Of a DNA stretch of 64,000 nt, positions 60,001-64,000 are shown piece by piece. The stretch's first letter is position 1, and each line of letters starts with the position of its first letter. Both the position numbers and the translations under genes were made by a program. The stretch is from an uncultured Gemmataceae bacterium (GTDB lineage Bacteria; Planctomycetota; Planctomycetia; Gemmatales; Gemmataceae): assembly GCA_963750165.1 (NCBI GenBank), contig CAVVPN010000010.1:192001-256000 (forward strand), read 5' to 3'. Under the pieces are notes generated by a model. The model saw only the letters and a program-made list of their open reading frames with translations. It was not told where the DNA came from and did no database searches.

Positions 60001-60054
60001 CAGCCCGGCCGCGAACAGGGACAACGCCGCCAGGGCCAGGGGACGGTACGGCAT
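57031..60054 (-). CDS. PQQ-dependent glucose/sorbosone dehydrogenase-like propeller fused to c-type cytochrome domains (PVC-type)
   Basis: [39 protein letters not shown], CGSCH; signal peptide. Confidence 0.9.
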   Translation of the reverse strand: [1007 protein letters not shown]

Positions 60055-60258
60055 GGGGAAGCCACTCCGGGAGGGTCGTTGGCGGATGAGTAGTGCGTTC
60101 ATTGTAGCGAATCGCATCCGGGGCGTTGAGCACGAAACGGGCCGTGCGGCCCGGTGGCCCCTGCCCCCAGAGTTACTGGGTTGGCCGGACGGACACCAAA
60201 TGGTGGGGCGGGCGACCAGGGGCAAACGGCGTACACTAGGGCGCATCGCGGTCTGTTC

Positions 60259-60334
60259 GTAGCGGAAGTCGCCAGACTTCCGTAGCGGCTTCGGAAGTCT
60301 GGCGACTTCCGCTACCCCAAACGCCAACCGCTCT
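60259..60334. repeat. GTAG-type REP doublet abutting a CCCAAACGCCAACCGCTCT arm
   Basis: Same REP as 38385-38444. Confidence 0.8.
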
Positions 60335-60387
60335 GGCGGTCATTGAGTCAACCGAACCCATTCTCGACCTGCACCCGGAGGTATGTC

Positions 60388-62237
60388 ATGGCCGATCCCC
60401 AACAGAATTGGAAAGAACTGGCTGCCCAGTTACGCATCGACAGCATCCGCTGCACCACGGCCGCAGGCTCAGGCCACCCGACCTCCGGCATGTCGGCGGC
60501 GGACCTCATGGCGGTCCTGCTGGCGAAGTACCTGCGCTATGATTGGCGCAGCCCCACCACCCCAACAACGACCGGCTTATCTTCAGCAAGGGCCACGCCT
60601 GCCCCGTGCTGTACGCCATGTACAAGGCGGCCGGCGCCATCACCGATCAGGAATTGCTGACCCTGCGGAAGCAGGGCAGCCGGCTGGAGGGCCATCCCAA
60701 CCCGCACGTGCTGCCCTACGTGGACGTGGCCACCGGTTCGCTCGGCCAGGGCCTGCCGATTGGCGTCGGCATGGCGCTCAACGCCCAGTACCTGGACAGG
60801 CTGCCTTACCACGTGTGGGTCGTGCTCGGCGATAGCGAGATGGCCGAGGGATCGATCTGGGAGGCGTTCGACAAGGCTTCCTATTACAAGCTCCACCAGC
60901 TGATCGCCATTTTGGACATGAATCGCCTCGGCCAACGGGGCGAGACCGACCTGGGCTGGAATAGCGCCGCTTACGCCGCGCGGGCCCGGGCCTTCGGTTG
61001 GCACGCCATCGAACTGGACGGCCATGACGTCGCCGCGGTAGACAAGGCGTACGGCGAAGCCCTGCAACAAAAGGACAGGCCAACCGTCCTGGTTGCCAAA
61101 ACCGAGAAGGGCCACGGCGTCTCCTTCCTGGCTAACAAGGAAGGCTGGCACGGCAAGGCGCTGTCCGCCGACGAGGCCAGGGCGGCGATTGCCGAACTGG
61201 GCGGGGAGCGCCGCATCGTGGTTGCCGTGCCAAAACCCGAGGACCGCCGGCCGCCCGCCCTTCCAGCCGCCCAGCCGCTGCGGCCACCGACGTACGAGCT
61301 CGGCAGCAAGGAAGCGACGCGCAAGGCCTATGGCGACGCCCTGGTCGCACTCGGTGCGGCGCGGGCCGACGTGGTGGCGCTGGACGGCGAGGTGTCCAAC
61401 TCCACGCACGCCGATGAATTCAAGAAGGCTTATCCGGATCGGTTCTTCGAGATGTTCATCGCCGAACAGCAATTGCTGGGCGCTACGGTTGGCCTGGCCG
61501 TGCTCGGCAAGCGCGCGTTCGCGTCCACCTTCGCCGCCTTTTTTACACGCGCTTACGATCAGATCCGCATGGCCGCCATTTCCAACGCCACCATCCACCT
61601 GTGCGGCAGCCATGCCGGCGTGAGCATCGGTTCGGACGGCCCCTCGCAGATGGCCCTCGAAGACCTGGCGATGATGCGCGCGGTTTGCGGCAGCACGGTC
61701 CTGTACCCCTGCGATCCCAACCAGACGGCTCAGCTGGTGGGGGCGATGGTTGATCTCAAAGGGATTTCGTTCCTGCGCACGACCCGCGAGAAAACGCCGG
61801 TGATCTACCCGCCCGGCGAAAAGTTCCCCGTGGGCGGCAGCAAGGTCATCCGTCAATCCGACAAGGACAAGGTGGCGGTCATCGCCGCGGGCATCACCGT
61901 GCATGAGGCGCTCAAGGCCCACGACGCACTGAAGCAGGAGGGGATCGCCGTGCGCGTGCTCGATGCCTATTCGGTCAAGCCGATCGACCAGGAGGGGCTG
62001 CGTCGCGCCGCGGCAGAAGCCGGCGGTAAGTTGCTGGTGGTCGAGGACCACTGGTTCGAGGGTGGCCTGGGCGACGCGGTGCTGGACGCTTTTACCGGCC
62101 CTGGCGTCAAGATGCCGACCGTGATCAAACTGGCGGTGCGCAAGATGCCCGGCTCGAGTTCGCCCGCCGAGGAGCTCAACTCCGCGGGCATTGATGCCGG
62201 GCATATTGTTCGGGCGGTGAAAGGGTTGGTGCAATAA
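60388..62237 (+). CDS. tkt: Transketolase (single chain); frameshift near 60546
   Basis: SGHPTS, FSKGHA, ATGSLGQG, GDSEMAEGS, IAEQ, DGPSQM; adding one G at TGG-CG joins the frames. Confidence 0.9.
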
Positions 62238-62247
62238 AAATCCGGCG

Positions 62248-62274
62248 GAAAAGGGCCGTGCACGGCCCCTTTTC
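62248..62274 (+). terminator. Intrinsic terminator
   Basis: GAAAAGGGCCG-TGCA-CGGCCCCTTTT immediately after the tkt stop. Confidence 0.7.
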
Positions 62275-62527
62275 TGTCCGCGAAACGGCTGTCACGGGGC
62301 CCGATCGCCTGGACCGTCCGCGCCGTACCGAACGCTGCGCTGCCCGTGACCGGGCGCGCGTCCTGGTCCCACCAGGCACGCAGCCGGCTCAGCGCGCACG
62401 GCACGTGAACTCCCTGTTCGGCCGCGGAGGGCGCCGGGGGGCCGGGGTGTCGTCCAGTCTGTGGGTGACGCGCCCCGGCGGTTGGTGTATCCTGAGCTTG
62501 TCGCCGGAGCATCCACGGGGCAAATCG

Positions 62528-62788
62528 ATGTCCGCTACCGAACCACGCCTGAGTCGAGAAGAACTCGCCCGCCGGGGTGACGACACATTCACGCGGCAGG
62601 TCCGCCCTGCCCTCCGCCCGGAGGACAACGGCAAGTTCGTCGCCATCGACGTGGAATCTGGCACCTTCGAGGTGGACGAGGACGAGCACGCGGCGGTAAC
62701 CCGGTTGTACGGCCGGGTGCCCGGCGCGCAGGTCTGGCTCGTCCGGGCCGGCTACCCGGCCACCCACCGGCTGCGGGGCGGCCGGTGA
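62528..62788 (+). CDS. Small DUF5678-like protein
   Basis: GKFVAIDVESGTFEVD; GTGA overlap with the protease gene. Confidence 0.7.
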   Translation: MSATEPRLSREELARRGDDTFTRQVRPALRPEDNGKFVAIDVESGTFEVDEDEHAAVTRLYGRVPGAQVWLVRAGYPATHRLRGGR

Positions 62789-63156
62789 TCCGTGGCACCG
62801 TGAACGCCAACCGCGAGCCGGTCGTCCGCCTCCGGGTTCGCGGCCCGGGCGGGGTGGTGGCGGACGTGGACATGGTCGTGGACACCGGCTTCACAGGGGC
62901 ACTGGTGCTGCCGGCAGCGGTCGTGGCCGCCCTCGGCCTGCCGTGGCGGTCGGGCGGGACGGCAGTGCTGGCGGACGGCTCGACCCAGCAGACGGACTAC
63001 TACGAGGCGGAACTGGAGTGGGGGCCGGGGTGGCTGTCGGTGCTGGCGATGTCGGTCGGCCCGGAAGCGCTGCTGGGGATGCGGTTGCTCGCCGGCCACC
63101 GCTTGGCGGTCGAGGGCTCCCCGGGCGGTTCGGTGGAGATCGTCCCGTGGCCGTGA
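62785..63156 (+). CDS. Clan AA (retropepsin-like) aspartic protease
   Basis: VVDTGFTGAL, LADG, LLGMRLL. Confidence 0.85.
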   Translation: MIRGTVNANREPVVRLRVRGPGGVVADVDMVVDTGFTGALVLPAAVVAALGLPWRSGGTAVLADGSTQQTDYYEAELEWGPGWLSVLAMSVGPEALLGMRLLAGHRLAVEGSPGGSVEIVPWP

Positions 63157-63219
63157 GCGCCGGCGCCCGCTACGGAGCGTAAAACCGAAAACCGAGCCTG
63201 AGCGGGCGCAACATAATCA

Positions 63220-63426
63220 GTGGTTCGGCAGCGCGGCCTGGCGGCGATTCGGCGCAGCGACCTGTTCCGCCACTGGCTGCTCGGCTTCGGCTCCGGCGAC
63301 CTGCTCGTGAAGACCGCAGGCGCCCACGCGCAGCAGTTCGAGATGCATAATGTTCTTTTTGTCGGGAACAAGCTCCAATTGATCCAGCAGATGCTCCAGA
63401 CGCGCGAAGTGGTGAGCGGCAAATGA
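63220..63426 (+). pseudogene. Probable C-terminal fragment of a conserved planctomycete protein
   Basis: RSDLFRHWLLGFGSGDLLVKT...NVLF; no RBS; appears to start mid-domain. Confidence 0.5.
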
Positions 63427-63536
63427 TCTTGCGAGCGCGGCGCCAGGACCCTGGACCGCCGCAGGGCGATGCGCGTACCGGCGACCCAGACCCGCGCCCC
63501 ACTCGTGTTGGCGGGCTGCCGACCCGTCGCGACGGG

Positions 63537-64000
63537 TCAATAGCCGTCCTGCGGAAACACGTTACCCCTCGGGTCTGTTTCCCCAGCCCCCGGTAAGTCC
63601 GCGCGGGCCACCCCGTCAGCAAAGATCATCAACCACACATCCGGTTCCCGCTTGTCCTCGGGGCAGCCGTCGAGAATAAGCCCGCCGTCGGGCAGGCGCA
63701 CGCCCTCGCCCGGCCCCAGGCGGAGGCGGACCGGCGGGTAGTCGGGGGCGGCCCGCAGCCAGCGCCGGCCCAGTTCGCCCACCGACGCCGGCCCCGGAGC
63801 GTCCAGCCCCCGCGCGCGCAAATCCCGTTCCTGCCCGGGGCCCGTGAGGTTGAGGAACACCAGCGCCGTCGCCTCGTCACCCAGATTGACGCAGCCCCAG
63901 AGGCGCGGCGGTTCCGGCGGCACGGGGAGAGCCGTGGCGGGCTCCACGCCCGGCGCCAGCCCCGCCGGGCAATCGGCCGCCGCGTCCCAGCGCAGCGACC
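63537..64000 (-). CDS. Hypothetical protein, 3' part (likely extends beyond the window)
   Basis: Open frame with DYPPVRLRL, DGCPEDKREPDVWL. Confidence 0.45.
   Translation of the reverse strand, partial: SLRWDAAADCPAGLAPGVEPATALPVPPEPPRLWGCVNLGDEATALVFLNLTGPGQERDLRARGLDAPGPASVGELGRRWLRAAPDYPPVRLRLGPGEGVRLPDGGLILDGCPEDKREPDVWLMIFADGVARADLPGAGETDPRGNVFPQDGY

Overview
GC-rich bacterial chromosome segment, almost certainly Planctomycetota and probably Gemmataceae (LEDRLAP export motif, DUF1501, DUF4058, 'DxxGDPLP..RLG' WD40 family, PVC-type heme proteins). About 1-16 kb is accessory and looks like an integrated element: a DarB-like N6-methyltransferase/SNF2 helicase with its small partner gene, a ~2,430-aa modular surface protein with 550-bp tandem repeats, a PDZ protein and a 228-bp IR-bounded segment. 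The remainder is housekeeping genes (metF, ggt, glgC, malQ, thrS, tkt), exported propeller, peptidase and cytochrome proteins, an IS630/ISNCY chimera, two small putative defence islets (nucleosidase; HicA-like + ABC-ATPase/TOPRIM PARIS-like pair), several orphan gene fragments and many REP/MITE repeats. The most notable signals are: an ungapped 55-bp oriented element with 9-bp iteron-like repeats (3 copies); small IR arms carrying different cargo; a 123-bp ISL3-type MITE with a perfect 8-bp TSD that rewrites a C-terminus; and a GlgC with Glu at the conserved catalytic Lys. Several single-base frameshifts in G/C runs are probably long-read errors. Family names come from recognised motifs; no searches were run.
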